The translations under genes were made by a program, and so were the position numbers. Source: an uncultured Gammaproteobacteria bacterium (GTDB lineage: Bacteria; Pseudomonadota; Gammaproteobacteria; SZUA-229). Taken from it: a stretch of DNA of 64,000 nt. The stretch spans positions 14,942 through 78,941 of the forward strand of contig CAWKAL010000045.1 in assembly GCA_963847575.1 (NCBI GenBank). The letters run 5' to 3'. The notes under the pieces were generated by a model. The model was not told the DNA's origin and ran no database searches. It saw only the letters and a program-made list of their open reading frames with translations. Positions 21,396 through 30,168 of this stretch are shown piece after piece. How positions within the stretch are numbered: position 1 is the first letter of the stretch; every line of letters starts with the position of its first letter.

Positions 21396-22068
21396 ACAAA
21401 CCAAAATCATCAAGGACGGCCTCTGGACCAACAATGTTGCGCTGGTGCAACTGCTGGGCCTGTGCCCGCTGCTTGCGGTCACCGGCAGTTTTATCAATGG
21501 CCTCGGCCTCGGCCTGGCGACCATGATGACACTGATATTGTCGAACACCTGTGTTTCGCTTATTCGCCACTGGACACGTCCCGAAGTCCGCATACCTATA
21601 TTTGTACTCATCATCGCATCGATTGTGACCAGCATCGAACTCGCGATGAATGCCTGGTTTCACGAACTCTACCTGGTGCTGGGGATTTTTATTCCGCTGA
21701 TTGTCACCAACTGCTCGATCATCGCACGCGCCGAAGCATTTGCATCGCGTAACACAGTGTTTGATTCCGCGCTCGACGGTTTTATGATGGGCCTGGGTTT
21801 CCTGCTGGTGCTGGTCACACTGGGGAGCCTGCGCGAAATCATCGGCCAGGGTTCATTGTTTGCCAATGCGCATTTGATGTTCGGCGAAAGCGCGCGCAGT
21901 GTCGAACTCACGCTCGGCGAAAGCTACCCGGGATTTTTGCTCGCCATCCTGCCACCCGGCGCATTCATCGGGCTCGGCCTGCTGATCGCGCTCAAGAACA
22001 CCATTGACCGCCGCAGCAAACAAAAACAGGCAGTCAAGCTCACAGGCAGCCAGCCCGCAAGTGCATAA
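21385..22068 (+). CDS. rnfE: Rnf complex subunit E
   Basis: 227 aa; ..[22 protein letters not shown].. RnfE/NqrD family. Confidence 0.95.
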   Translation: MAAEQTKIIKDGLWTNNVALVQLLGLCPLLAVTGSFINGLGLGLATMMTLILSNTCVSLIRHWTRPEVRIPIFVLIIASIVTSIELAMNAWFHELYLVLGIFIPLIVTNCSIIARAEAFASRNTVFDSALDGFMMGLGFLLVLVTLGSLREIIGQGSLFANAHLMFGESARSVELTLGESYPGFLLAILPPGAFIGLGLLIALKNTIDRRSKQKQAVKLTGSQPASA

Positions 22069-22082
22069 CGCAGATCAGCTGA

Positions 22083-22718
22083 ATGAATGCACAAAAACGC
22101 CACGAGATATTTTCGCGTCTGAGAAAGAACAACCCCGAACCCACCACCGAACTCAAATACGACACGCCCTTTGAGTTACTGATTGCGGTAATCCTTTCCG
22201 CACAGGCCACCGATGTCAGCGTCAACAAGGCAACAACAAAACTCTTCCCCGTTGCAAACACACCGAAAGCGATTTACAAACTCGGTGAGGCCGGCCTGAA
22301 AAAATACATAAAGACCATTGGCCTATATAACAGCAAGGCCGCTAACATTATCAAGACCTGCAGAATACTCGTCGATGAATACAACAGCGAAGTACCGCAG
22401 GAGCAGCAGCAGCTCGAAGCCCTGCCCGGTGTCGGCCGCAAGACTGCCAACGTGGTACGTAACACCGCGTTTGGCCATCCGACGATTGCAGTGGACACCC
22501 ATATCTTTCGTGTATCCAATCGCACAAAAATCGCGCCCGGCAAAACCGTGCTCGAAGTCGAAAAGAAATTAATTAAATTTGTCCCCGAAGAATTCAAAAA
22601 AGACGCGCATCACTGGCTGATTCTGCACGGACGTTACACCTGCATCGCGCGCAAGCCACGTTGTGGTTCGTGCGTGATTGAGGATTTATGTGAATACAAG
22701 GACAAACAAATCGAATAA
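22083..22718 (+). CDS. nth: endonuclease III
   Basis: 211 aa; HhH-GPD domain, LPGVGRKTANVV, C-terminal CX6CX2CX5C 4Fe-4S cluster; last gene of the rnf operon as in E. coli rsx-nth. Confidence 0.95.
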   Translation: MNAQKRHEIFSRLRKNNPEPTTELKYDTPFELLIAVILSAQATDVSVNKATTKLFPVANTPKAIYKLGEAGLKKYIKTIGLYNSKAANIIKTCRILVDEYNSEVPQEQQQLEALPGVGRKTANVVRNTAFGHPTIAVDTHIFRVSNRTKIAPGKTVLEVEKKLIKFVPEEFKKDAHHWLILHGRYTCIARKPRCGSCVIEDLCEYKDKQIE

Positions 22719-22729
22719 AAATAATCAGT

Positions 22730-22868
22730 CTACGGATGAACGCAAATGAACACGGATGTAAGATTAGTAAAACAGCACTGCAGTATCAATGCGGACTGTG
22801 CACCAGTATTGCGAAGAAAGATTCTACATTGAATTTATCTGTGTTCATCCGCGTTCATCCGTGGATAA
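22730..22868. repeat. MITE-like hairpin element, copy C (CRGATGAAC-type arms)
   Basis: Left arm ctacggatgaacgcaaatgaacacggatgtaa (22730-22761); right arm ttatctgtgttcatccgcgttcatccgtggataa (22835-22868) is its near reverse complement. Begins 12 nt after the nth stop. Confidence 0.75.
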
Positions 22869-22920
22869 TTATTTCATTACCTCTGTTAAACTGGTGCACA
22901 ACCCAACCACAGTAATCATC

Positions 22921-23370
22921 ATGTTCGGTAACGACCGCAATCAGCTCAGAAAAGTTTTCTACGACTGCTGGCAGGCTAAACAGTCGGGTGCTCCGCTGGA
23001 CGCCATGCAGCAGATGATTGCGCGCATTATCGAACTTCACCCCGAATATCACAGCTTGCTACAAAACCCTGACGCGCTGGATCGCGACTACCTGCCCGAG
23101 CATGGCGAGACCAATCCCTTCCTGCACATGAGCATGCACATCGCACTGGGTGAACAGCTGGCAATAGACCGCCCTGCGGGCATTCTGAGCTGCTATCAAA
23201 CACTGACAGACAAGGCCGGCTCGGCCCACGAAGCCGAGCATGAAATGATGGAATGCCTGGCCGAGGCGCTGTGGCAGGCTCAGCGCCAGCAACAAATGCC
23301 GGATGAGGCGGCCTACCTCGACTGCATACGCATCCGCGCGGGATTGAAAAAAAAATCAGACAAGGTGTGA
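22921..23370 (+). CDS. DUF1841 family protein
   Basis: Probable start MFGNDRNQLRKVFYDCWQAK..; ..HPEYHSLLQNPDAL..GETNPFLHMSMHIALGEQLAIDRPAGI..EAEHEMMECLAEALWQAQR matches the DUF1841 pattern. The listed longer ORF overlaps repeat C. Confidence 0.75.
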   Translation: MFGNDRNQLRKVFYDCWQAKQSGAPLDAMQQMIARIIELHPEYHSLLQNPDALDRDYLPEHGETNPFLHMSMHIALGEQLAIDRPAGILSCYQTLTDKAGSAHEAEHEMMECLAEALWQAQRQQQMPDEAAYLDCIRIRAGLKKKSDKV

Positions 23371-23468
23371 ACTCATCAATTCGGCCATTGTCTTTGAAAG
23401 CGTGAACAATGTACACTCGGTTTCCCAAATGGGGAGACTTAGCCATCTAAAACTGGAGAACTTAAATA

Positions 23469-23792
23469 ATGTCAAACAACACACTCAAAAAATCTCTTGC
23501 TGTTGCCATGGGCGCAAGCTTCGCAGCAGCAATGGCCGTATCACCTGTTGCCAATGCTGACAGCAACCCGTTCGGCATGAGCAAGCTGTCAAGCGGTTAC
23601 ATGCAAGTAGCAGAAGGCAAATGCGGTGAAGGCAAGTGCGGCGAAGGCAAGACAAAGAAAGAAGGCAAATGCGGTGAAGGCAAATGTGGCGAAGGCAAGA
23701 AAGCCGAAGGCAAATGCGGTGAAGGCAAATGCGGCGAAGACAAAATGAAGAAAGAAGGCAAATGTGGCGGTGAAAAAGAAGACGCTGAATAA
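23469..23792 (+). CDS. RiPP precursor: Sec-signal peptide followed by EGKCG cysteine repeats (HvfA/bufferin-like metallophore precursor)
   Basis: 107 aa; signal peptide ..AMAVSPVANA|DS; core has seven Cys in Gly-Lys-Cys-Gly contexts (mostly EGKCG; GKCGE x3, GKCGEG x3, GKCGG x1) as tandem decapeptides separated by K-rich linkers; the DNA shows a 30-nt tandem repeat. Lies 4 genes upstream of the DUF692/DUF2063 pair. Confidence 0.8.
   Translation: MSNNTLKKSLAVAMGASFAAAMAVSPVANADSNPFGMSKLSSGYMQVAEGKCGEGKCGEGKTKKEGKCGEGKCGEGKKAEGKCGEGKCGEDKMKKEGKCGGEKEDAE
23619..23750 (+). repeat. intragenic tandem repeat (about 30-33 nt unit, gaaggcaaatgcggtgaaggcaa(a/g)tg(c/t)ggc) encoding the EGKCGEGKCG units
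   Basis: Visible directly in the sequence; also produces the mirror-image ORFs in the other frames. Confidence 0.7.
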
Positions 23793-23816
23793 GCCCTTCA
23801 AACATTGCATACTAAA

Positions 23817-23845
23817 AAGCCCCGGCATTGTCCGGGGTTTTTTTA
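23817..23845 (+). terminator. rho-independent terminator just after the precursor gene
   Basis: aagccccggcattgtccggggttttttt: 6-bp GC stem ccccgg/ccgggg, 6-nt loop, T7 run. Confidence 0.75.
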
Positions 23846-23978
23846 TGTTCATTTACCAGTAAATATGTTACACATTTAAATCCGCACCAGGTTAACGCTG
23901 ATATCTGCACAAGAATAACAAGCATAACAGGCAGCCTTGAATATCAGGGTTTACTTATAAACGAGGAGGAATATCAGC

Positions 23979-25514
23979 ATGTTTTCAGGTGAGTCAGTAG
24001 GACTGGAAATTCTTGGCTGGATGACAACGCTATTCATCGTTGCCGTCGGCGGCTTTATACTTTTTCTGATCGGCGTTTATATCTCCGATGTCACCCAGAC
24101 CAAGCAGGCAATTCGGCGCAACTACCCGATCATTGGCCATTTCCGTTATTACTTCGAGCACATGGGTACGTTCTTCCGCCAGTATTTTTTCGCCATGGAT
24201 CGCGAAGAAATGCCATTCAACCGCGCGCAACGTTCATGGGTGTATCGTGCCGCCAAGGACATCGATAACACGGTTGCCTTCGGCTCTACACGCGATCTGC
24301 GGCCTGCAGGCACCATGCTGTTTGTGAATTGCGCCTTCCCCACACTGGGTCAGGATGCGGTTGATCCCGAGCCGGTCACTATCGGCGAAGGCTATTGCGA
24401 GAAACCCTATACCACGTCCTCGCTGATCAATATTTCCGGCATGAGCTACGGCGCCATTTCCAAACCCGCGGTACAGGCACTGTCCTATGGCGCGATGAAA
24501 GCGGGCAGCTGGATTAACACCGGTGAAGGCGGACTTTCACCCTATCACCTCGAAGGCGGCGCGGACATCGTGCTGCAGATCGGCACGGCAAAATACGGTG
24601 TGCGCGATGAAGCCGGAAACCTGTCGGATGAAAAACTGCGCGAAGCCGCTGCCCACGAGCAGGTTCGCATGTTCGAAATCAAGATGTCGCAGGGCGCCAA
24701 GCCCGGCAAGGGCGGCATGTTGCCTGGTGCCAAGGTCGATGCTGAAATTTCAGCCATACGCGGCATCCCCATCGGTACCGATTCCATTAGCCCAAACCGT
24801 CACACTGAAATTACTTCTAACGACGCATTGCTGGACATGATCGAACGCGTGCGCACGGTCACCGGAAAACCGACCGGCTTCAAGGTGGTGCTGGGTGATG
24901 ACATCTGGATCAATGAACTCTGCGCCTGCATCGTGAAACGCGGCATTGCATCCGCGCCTGACTTTATTACCGTGGACAGCTCCGACGGCGGCACCGGCGC
25001 GGCCCCGATGAGCCTGCTGGATTATGTCGGCCTGCCGGTGACAGAAAGCCTGCCGCTACTGGTCGATGCACTCAATCGTCACGGCCTGCGTCCGCGCGTG
25101 CGCGTGGTAGCTTCCGGCAAGTTGATTAACCCCAGCGATGTCGCCTGGGCATTGTGCGCGGGAACGGATTTCGTCACTTCTGCGCGCGGCTTCATGTTTG
25201 CACTTGGCTGTATCCAGGCACTGCAATGCAACAAGAACACCTGCCCCACCGGTATCACCACGCACGACAAAAAACTGCAAAAAGGCCTGGTGGCCGAGCA
25301 GAAATCCACACGCGTACTCAATTTCATCAAGAACATTGAATATGAAGTCGGCGTGATCGCGCATTCATGCGGCGTACGCTCACCGCGCGACCTGAAACGT
25401 CAGCACGTCCGCATCGTGCAGGACAACGGTCATACCGTCGCGCTCAGCCAGTTGTGGCCCGATATAAGCCCACTCGCAGAACCGCTGGCCTCACAGGTAT
25501 CACAGGCGCATTGA
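23979..25514 (+). CDS. membrane-anchored FMN-binding glutamate-synthase-family oxidoreductase (GltB central-domain homologue with 3Fe-4S motif)
   Basis: 511 aa; N-terminal TM helix; ISGMSYGAIS...NTGEGG and QGAKPGKGGMLPGAKV FMN-domain motifs (PF01645-like); Cys triad CIQALQCNKNTCP. Confidence 0.85.
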   Translation: MFSGESVGLEILGWMTTLFIVAVGGFILFLIGVYISDVTQTKQAIRRNYPIIGHFRYYFEHMGTFFRQYFFAMDREEMPFNRAQRSWVYRAAKDIDNTVAFGSTRDLRPAGTMLFVNCAFPTLGQDAVDPEPVTIGEGYCEKPYTTSSLINISGMSYGAISKPAVQALSYGAMKAGSWINTGEGGLSPYHLEGGADIVLQIGTAKYGVRDEAGNLSDEKLREAAAHEQVRMFEIKMSQGAKPGKGGMLPGAKVDAEISAIRGIPIGTDSISPNRHTEITSNDALLDMIERVRTVTGKPTGFKVVLGDDIWINELCACIVKRGIASAPDFITVDSSDGGTGAAPMSLLDYVGLPVTESLPLLVDALNRHGLRPRVRVVASGKLINPSDVAWALCAGTDFVTSARGFMFALGCIQALQCNKNTCPTGITTHDKKLQKGLVAEQKSTRVLNFIKNIEYEVGVIAHSCGVRSPRDLKRQHVRIVQDNGHTVALSQLWPDISPLAEPLASQVSQAH

Positions 25515-25592
25515 ACTCGACGCGACACATCCAGTCCATAGCTGGGTGTACGCATTAAATAATAACTACCAATAGTAAAAGGGGAATCTAAT

Positions 25593-26060
25593 ATGCAAGC
25601 CATCATCTCACTCGGATGCGGTATACACGGTCTACTGAACAAACTGGGCGGGTGGTTGCCACAACTGGGGCTGCGTTTCCTGCTGGCATACGAATTCTGG
25701 GAAGCAGGCATTGAAAAATTCAATGGCAGCAACTGGTTCGTTGATTTTGCTGATCAATTTCCATTTCCTTTTAATATCATTCCACCCGACATCAGCTGGT
25801 TCCTGGCGACCTGGACTGAACTCCTCGGTGCTGCTGCGCTGGTCATCGGGCTGGGCACGCGCTTTGCGGCCGCTTCATTAATCATCCTTGACCTGGTTGC
25901 ATGGTATAGCGTGCATGCCGACAGTGGATACAATGTGTGCAGCAACGGCTTTAAACTGCCCCTGATATACCTGGTGATGTTTATACCGCTGTTGCTAAGC
26001 GGCCCTGGTAAGGCCAGTATTGATCACTTGCTGGCTAAACGCTTTGGCTGCAATTCTTAA
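25593..26060 (+). CDS. DoxX family membrane protein
   Basis: 155 aa, 4 TM helices, LRFLLAYEFWEAGIEKF DoxX-like core; common partner in DUF692/DUF2063 RiPP operons. Confidence 0.8.
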   Translation: MQAIISLGCGIHGLLNKLGGWLPQLGLRFLLAYEFWEAGIEKFNGSNWFVDFADQFPFPFNIIPPDISWFLATWTELLGAAALVIGLGTRFAAASLIILDLVAWYSVHADSGYNVCSNGFKLPLIYLVMFIPLLLSGPGKASIDHLLAKRFGCNS

Positions 26061-26078
26061 TACGCAAAGGGTTTTTGT

Positions 26079-26942
26079 ATGAAAACACAACACTACCCGG
26101 TACAGGGGGCAGGCCTCGGACTGCGGCGCGAGATCATGGATGACATGCTCGCGGCCTCACTCGACCAGGTCAGCTTCATGGAAGTGGCGCCTGAAAACTG
26201 GATTGGTGTTGGCGGAAAATTTGGCAAACAATTGCGCGCATTTACCGAGCGTTTTGATTTCGTCTGTCACGGCCTGTCACTTTCCATCGGCAGCCCTTCG
26301 GGTCTCGATGAAGCATTCGTCAAACAGGTTGGGATTTTTCTGCGTGAACATGGCGTGAAGTATTACAGCGAGCATCTGACTTATTGCTCTGACGATGGCC
26401 ATTTGTACGACCTGCTACCGATACCGTTCACCGAAGAAGCCGTGCATTATGTGGCTGAGCGCATTCGTCGTGTGCAGGACATTCTTGGCCAGCAGATTGC
26501 CATGGAAAATGCATCTTATTATTCGCCAGCACCCGGCAGCGACATGAGTGAAATTGATTTTATCAATGCTGTGCTCACAGAAGCTGATTGCGGCTTACTG
26601 ATCGACGTGAATAATATTTATGTCAATTCAGTCAATCACGCGTATGACCCGATTGAATTTATGAAGCAACTGCCAGCAGAACGCATCAGGTATGCGCATA
26701 TTGCCGGCCATTACAATGAGGCTGCTGACCTGATTGTTGATACCCACGGCGCAGATGTAATTGACCCGGTATGGGATATCCTTGACAAAGCCTATGCACA
26801 CTTCGGTGTGTTTCCAACATTGCTGGAACGCGATTTTAATATTCCGCCAGTCACCGAATTACTTGGTGAAGTCGATACTATCATTGAGTACCAGGACAAA
26901 TGGAAACACGATAAAACGCGACAGGGCCGCGCGCATGGCTAA
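26079..26942 (+). CDS. MNIO-family (DUF692, MbnB-like) RiPP maturase
   Basis: 287 aa; TIM-barrel DUF692/UPF0276 pattern (GLGLRRE..., EVAPENW, HGLSLSIGS, YSEHLTY, AMENASYY, YAHIAGH, VDTHGA). Confidence 0.85.
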   Translation: MKTQHYPVQGAGLGLRREIMDDMLAASLDQVSFMEVAPENWIGVGGKFGKQLRAFTERFDFVCHGLSLSIGSPSGLDEAFVKQVGIFLREHGVKYYSEHLTYCSDDGHLYDLLPIPFTEEAVHYVAERIRRVQDILGQQIAMENASYYSPAPGSDMSEIDFINAVLTEADCGLLIDVNNIYVNSVNHAYDPIEFMKQLPAERIRYAHIAGHYNEAADLIVDTHGADVIDPVWDILDKAYAHFGVFPTLLERDFNIPPVTELLGEVDTIIEYQDKWKHDKTRQGRAHG

Positions 26943-27705
26943 CAGTTCACTGCCCGGATTTAAACAGACGCAATACGAATTAACAGCACACCTGCGTGAT
27001 CCGAAGCACAACCCCGCGCCGGCAAATATCGAAGATCGTCGCCTGGCTATTTACCGCGAGCTGATTTATAACAACATCGAAGGTTTCCTTTCCAACGGAT
27101 TCCCGGTGATCCGGTCAATCTACAGCGACGACCACTGGCACAGCATGGTTCGTGATTTTCTCGCCCGCCACCAGTCAAACTCTCCCTATTTCCTGGAAAT
27201 TTCCCAGGAGTTCCTGGCCTACCTGGATAATGAACGAGAGCCTCAGCCTGAAGATCCCACAGGCCTGCTCGAGCTTGCGCATTACGAGTGGGTCGAACTG
27301 GCTCTCAGCGTGGCAGATGAATCGATCGACATGACAGCTGTCGATCCGAACGCCGACCTGCTCGAAGGCCATCCGTTACTGTCGCCTGTCGCCTGGCCGC
27401 TGGCTTACCAGTTTCCGGTACACAAGATGTCAGCAGACTATCTGCCCGAGGTTGCGCCCGAACAACCGACCTATCTCGTGGTCTATCGCAACCGTAACGA
27501 TGAAGTTAAGTTTATGGAGACCAATCCTGTCACCGCACGTCTGCTGCACTTGATACAGCAAAATCCGTCAATCACCGGCAGACAGGCGATTGAACAGATT
27601 GCCGTCGAAATGCAACACCCTAATCCTGACATCGTCATGCAGGGTGGACAAGCTGCACTGCACGAACTGCAGGCGTCCGGCATACTGACGGGGTGCCAGA
27701 AGTGA
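26935..27705 (+). CDS. DUF2063 (MbnC-like) RiPP maturation partner protein
   Basis: 8-nt overlap with the DUF692 gene; MANSSLPGFKQTQYELTAHLRDP..IYRELIYNNIEGFLSNGFP matches the DUF2063 N-terminal domain. Confidence 0.8.
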   Translation: MANSSLPGFKQTQYELTAHLRDPKHNPAPANIEDRRLAIYRELIYNNIEGFLSNGFPVIRSIYSDDHWHSMVRDFLARHQSNSPYFLEISQEFLAYLDNEREPQPEDPTGLLELAHYEWVELALSVADESIDMTAVDPNADLLEGHPLLSPVAWPLAYQFPVHKMSADYLPEVAPEQPTYLVVYRNRNDEVKFMETNPVTARLLHLIQQNPSITGRQAIEQIAVEMQHPNPDIVMQGGQAALHELQASGILTGCQK

Positions 27706-27777
27706 CTCTACAGCATCGATAACGTGATGCCCGTCATGGCTTGAACACATGTTTTTGGATAAAATGCGACATCTGGA

Positions 27778-28200
27778 TTGTCATTGCCCGACGAGAAATG
27801 GAGCAGAATCTTGAATACATTCGAACTCAATTTTGCCAGGATCAACCTGTTAAGAGATGATATTGCCGAAGTCATCATTCATAACGGGATTGAACTCAAT
27901 GTTGACATGGTCAATGAGTACCATGACTTTCTCATTACCCATCTAACGCCGCCGTTTTCATTATTGATCAACAAGGTAAATTCATATACCTACGATTTTG
28001 ATGCACAGCAAACGCTGGCCACGATTGAACACATAAACGCCATGGCAGTCGTTGCCTACAAACGAAGTGCAGTCATTACCACCGAGTACCTGGCTTCTCA
28101 GCCGCGTGAAAAACAATGGAACCTGCAAATATTTTCAGATCGCGAATCCGCAATGCAATGGCTCACAACAGAACAGGATTCCTGTGCGACGCCCGCCTGA
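27778..28200 (+). CDS. hypothetical protein, possibly STAS/DUF3478-like
   Basis: 140 aa ORF, no strong motif; start uncertain (possible TTG at 27823). Confidence 0.45.
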   Translation: MSLPDEKWSRILNTFELNFARINLLRDDIAEVIIHNGIELNVDMVNEYHDFLITHLTPPFSLLINKVNSYTYDFDAQQTLATIEHINAMAVVAYKRSAVITTEYLASQPREKQWNLQIFSDRESAMQWLTTEQDSCATPA

Positions 28201-28259
28201 GGCCTAACCGAGTTAAAGCTGCCAAATTGACTCGTACTAGCGCCAGCTTCTGGAGTATC

Positions 28260-28841
28260 ATGATTCTGATGAAAAATAATGTACTGCTGATAACAACGCT
28301 GTTCACCGTGTTCGCAACGACCCTGTCTATCGCCGGCGGGACAATCGTTAAGGTTCATGAAAATCCCGACAGCCACCTGCTGACCTGGACAGCTGAAGAC
28401 GATGGTTTCAGCATAGAGCTCATTCAGCTGCTGCCGGATTTCGTACGCGCCATCTACAGTAACCACCACTTCCCTGAAAAAGAAGTTGAGGAAATTGCCG
28501 GTTACTGTGTATTTGGCAGCATTATAAAAAACACTTCCGACAAAACGCTCACGTACAAAGTTGCCGACTGGCGATATGTTGCTGACAATAGCACGCCTAT
28601 GCCGGTTAAAACAAAAAGCCAGTGGCTCGAACAATGGCGCAAGTCAGGCATTACATTTTCCTGGACCCTGCTTCCCGATGCCGGCACTTTCTATGTCGGT
28701 GACTGGCAACAGGGCTTTACCACGATAAAACTGCCGCGTAACAGCGAATTCGACCTGATCTTCAAATGGCAACTTGATGGTAAAGAACATGTCGGAAAAA
28801 TCGAGAAGTTGCGCTGCCCACCTGCCACCTTAGGTCAATGA
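28260..28841 (+). CDS. hypothetical secreted protein
   Basis: Probable start MILMKNNVLLITTLFTVFATTLSIAGG (signal peptide); no recognised domain. Confidence 0.6.
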   Translation: MILMKNNVLLITTLFTVFATTLSIAGGTIVKVHENPDSHLLTWTAEDDGFSIELIQLLPDFVRAIYSNHHFPEKEVEEIAGYCVFGSIIKNTSDKTLTYKVADWRYVADNSTPMPVKTKSQWLEQWRKSGITFSWTLLPDAGTFYVGDWQQGFTTIKLPRNSEFDLIFKWQLDGKEHVGKIEKLRCPPATLGQ

Positions 28842-28845
28842 TGGT

Positions 28846-29379
28846 ATGAAAATAAAATTGATAGTTTCCGTTATTCTACTGCTGCTGGCTGGCACATTGT
28901 CCGCCGCCTGGGAACAACCCGAACTCGGCCACGAACTGACACCATTGCCCTCAGCTGTAGCGGCACCGGATTTCGCCCTGAGTGATATGGATGATGAAGC
29001 TCACAGCCTTGCCGACCACCGGGGCAAGGTCATCATGCTCAATTTCTGGGCGACATGGTGCCCACCCTGCCGACGTGAAATGCCCTCAATGGAACGCCTG
29101 CATCAGAACATGAACGCAAAAGACTTCGTGGTAATCGCGATTAACCAGATGGAGACTGCGGATCATGTATTCGCCTATACCGGGCAGCTCGATGTTGACC
29201 CTACGTTCACTATTCTTTTTGACAAGGACAGCGCGGTGTCGCAGGCATACCAGGTCAAGGGTTTGCCGACATCGTACCTCATCGATAAAAAAGGCAATAT
29301 TCGTTACCGTGCCGTGGGTGGCCGTGAGTTTGATCACCCGGCCGTAGAAAAACAGATACGGGATTTAATTAACGAATGA
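28846..29379 (+). CDS. TlpA-family thiol:disulfide oxidoreductase (thioredoxin fold, periplasmic)
   Basis: 177 aa; signal peptide; WATWCPPCRRE active site; AhpC/TSA-like fold. Confidence 0.85.
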   Translation: MKIKLIVSVILLLLAGTLSAAWEQPELGHELTPLPSAVAAPDFALSDMDDEAHSLADHRGKVIMLNFWATWCPPCRREMPSMERLHQNMNAKDFVVIAINQMETADHVFAYTGQLDVDPTFTILFDKDSAVSQAYQVKGLPTSYLIDKKGNIRYRAVGGREFDHPAVEKQIRDLINE

Positions 29380-29579
29380 AGCACAGAACACCAATAATCT
29401 TATCTTTACTAATTCTTATAGCTGCATGCAGCAGCGCAAACTGGTACCAGAGTGGAAAAACCCGCGGTGAAATCGAATGCCGCAAGCAGCCCGAGGGCCG
29501 CTACGATGAATGCATGCGTGAGTATGAAACCACTTATGAACAATACAAACAGCAACGCGAGGACGCCATTCAGAAATAA
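29376..29579 (+). CDS. small lipoprotein, hypothetical
   Basis: 67 aa; lipobox LILIAAC|SS; ATGA overlap with the tlpA-like stop. Confidence 0.5.
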   Translation: MKHRTPIILSLLILIAACSSANWYQSGKTRGEIECRKQPEGRYDECMREYETTYEQYKQQREDAIQK

Positions 29580-29762
29580 ATTCATTCGTCAGTCCCCACC
29601 ATAAGCACCTGGCGTAATATCCTGCACCCGCAGCAAGCATCCCCGGCTTGATACATATCAACACGAAATAGAATTTTTCCGCCATTATTGACAGCGATCC
29701 TGTAAGTGAATGTTTCCAGATTTAAGTTTTGCATAGAGGCGTAGTTAATATAGGAGGTAGTT

Positions 29763-30143
29763 ATGAACATCGTAAGACACGGATTATCAATTGGCATCGA
29801 ACATACCGGACATGATTTTTGCATGACGCTAAAAGTGGCGGGTAAGCTCACACACGAAGACTATGAAGTCATGGTGCCGATGCTTGAATCGGCGATCGCA
29901 GGCATCAAGCATCCCGAAATAAAAGCCTTGATCGACGCCACCGAGCTTGAAGGCTGGGAACTGCGTGCGGCCTGGGATGATTTAAAGCTTGGCCTCAAGC
30001 ACGGCAAGGAATTCAAAAAAATTGCCGTGCTCGGCAACAGTAAATGGCAGAAATACGCCAGCAAGATCGGCACGTGGTTTACCTCGGCTGATATAAAATA
30101 TTTCGAGGATACTACTGAAGCGCTAAGCTGGCTTGATGACTAA
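29763..30143 (+). CDS. STAS/SEC14-like DUF3478 family protein
   Basis: 126 aa; ..KVAGKLTHEDYEVMVPMLESAI...ELEGWELRAAWDDLKLGLKHGKEFKKIAVLGN pattern typical of DUF3478. Confidence 0.65.
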   Translation: MNIVRHGLSIGIEHTGHDFCMTLKVAGKLTHEDYEVMVPMLESAIAGIKHPEIKALIDATELEGWELRAAWDDLKLGLKHGKEFKKIAVLGNSKWQKYASKIGTWFTSADIKYFEDTTEALSWLDD

Positions 30144-30168
30144 CTGATTTGAAAAACAGAAGCTTTAG

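Noticed and set aside
20877-21663. 252-aa and 127-aa minus-strand ORFs spanning rnfG/rnfE
   Set aside because: They cross a gene boundary of the conserved rnf operon on the opposite strand and have no motifs.
23619-23750. Possible CRISPR-like array (regular direct repeats)
   Set aside because: The repeats are contiguous with no unique spacers, lie within an ORF with a signal peptide, and encode the EGKCG units. No cas genes are present.
23485-23852. Two minus-strand ORFs (106 aa and 87 aa) with Cys/Leu-rich repetitive translations overlapping the precursor gene
   Set aside because: They are artefacts of the 30-nt tandem repeat read in other frames. The plus-strand frame has the signal peptide, RBS and terminator.
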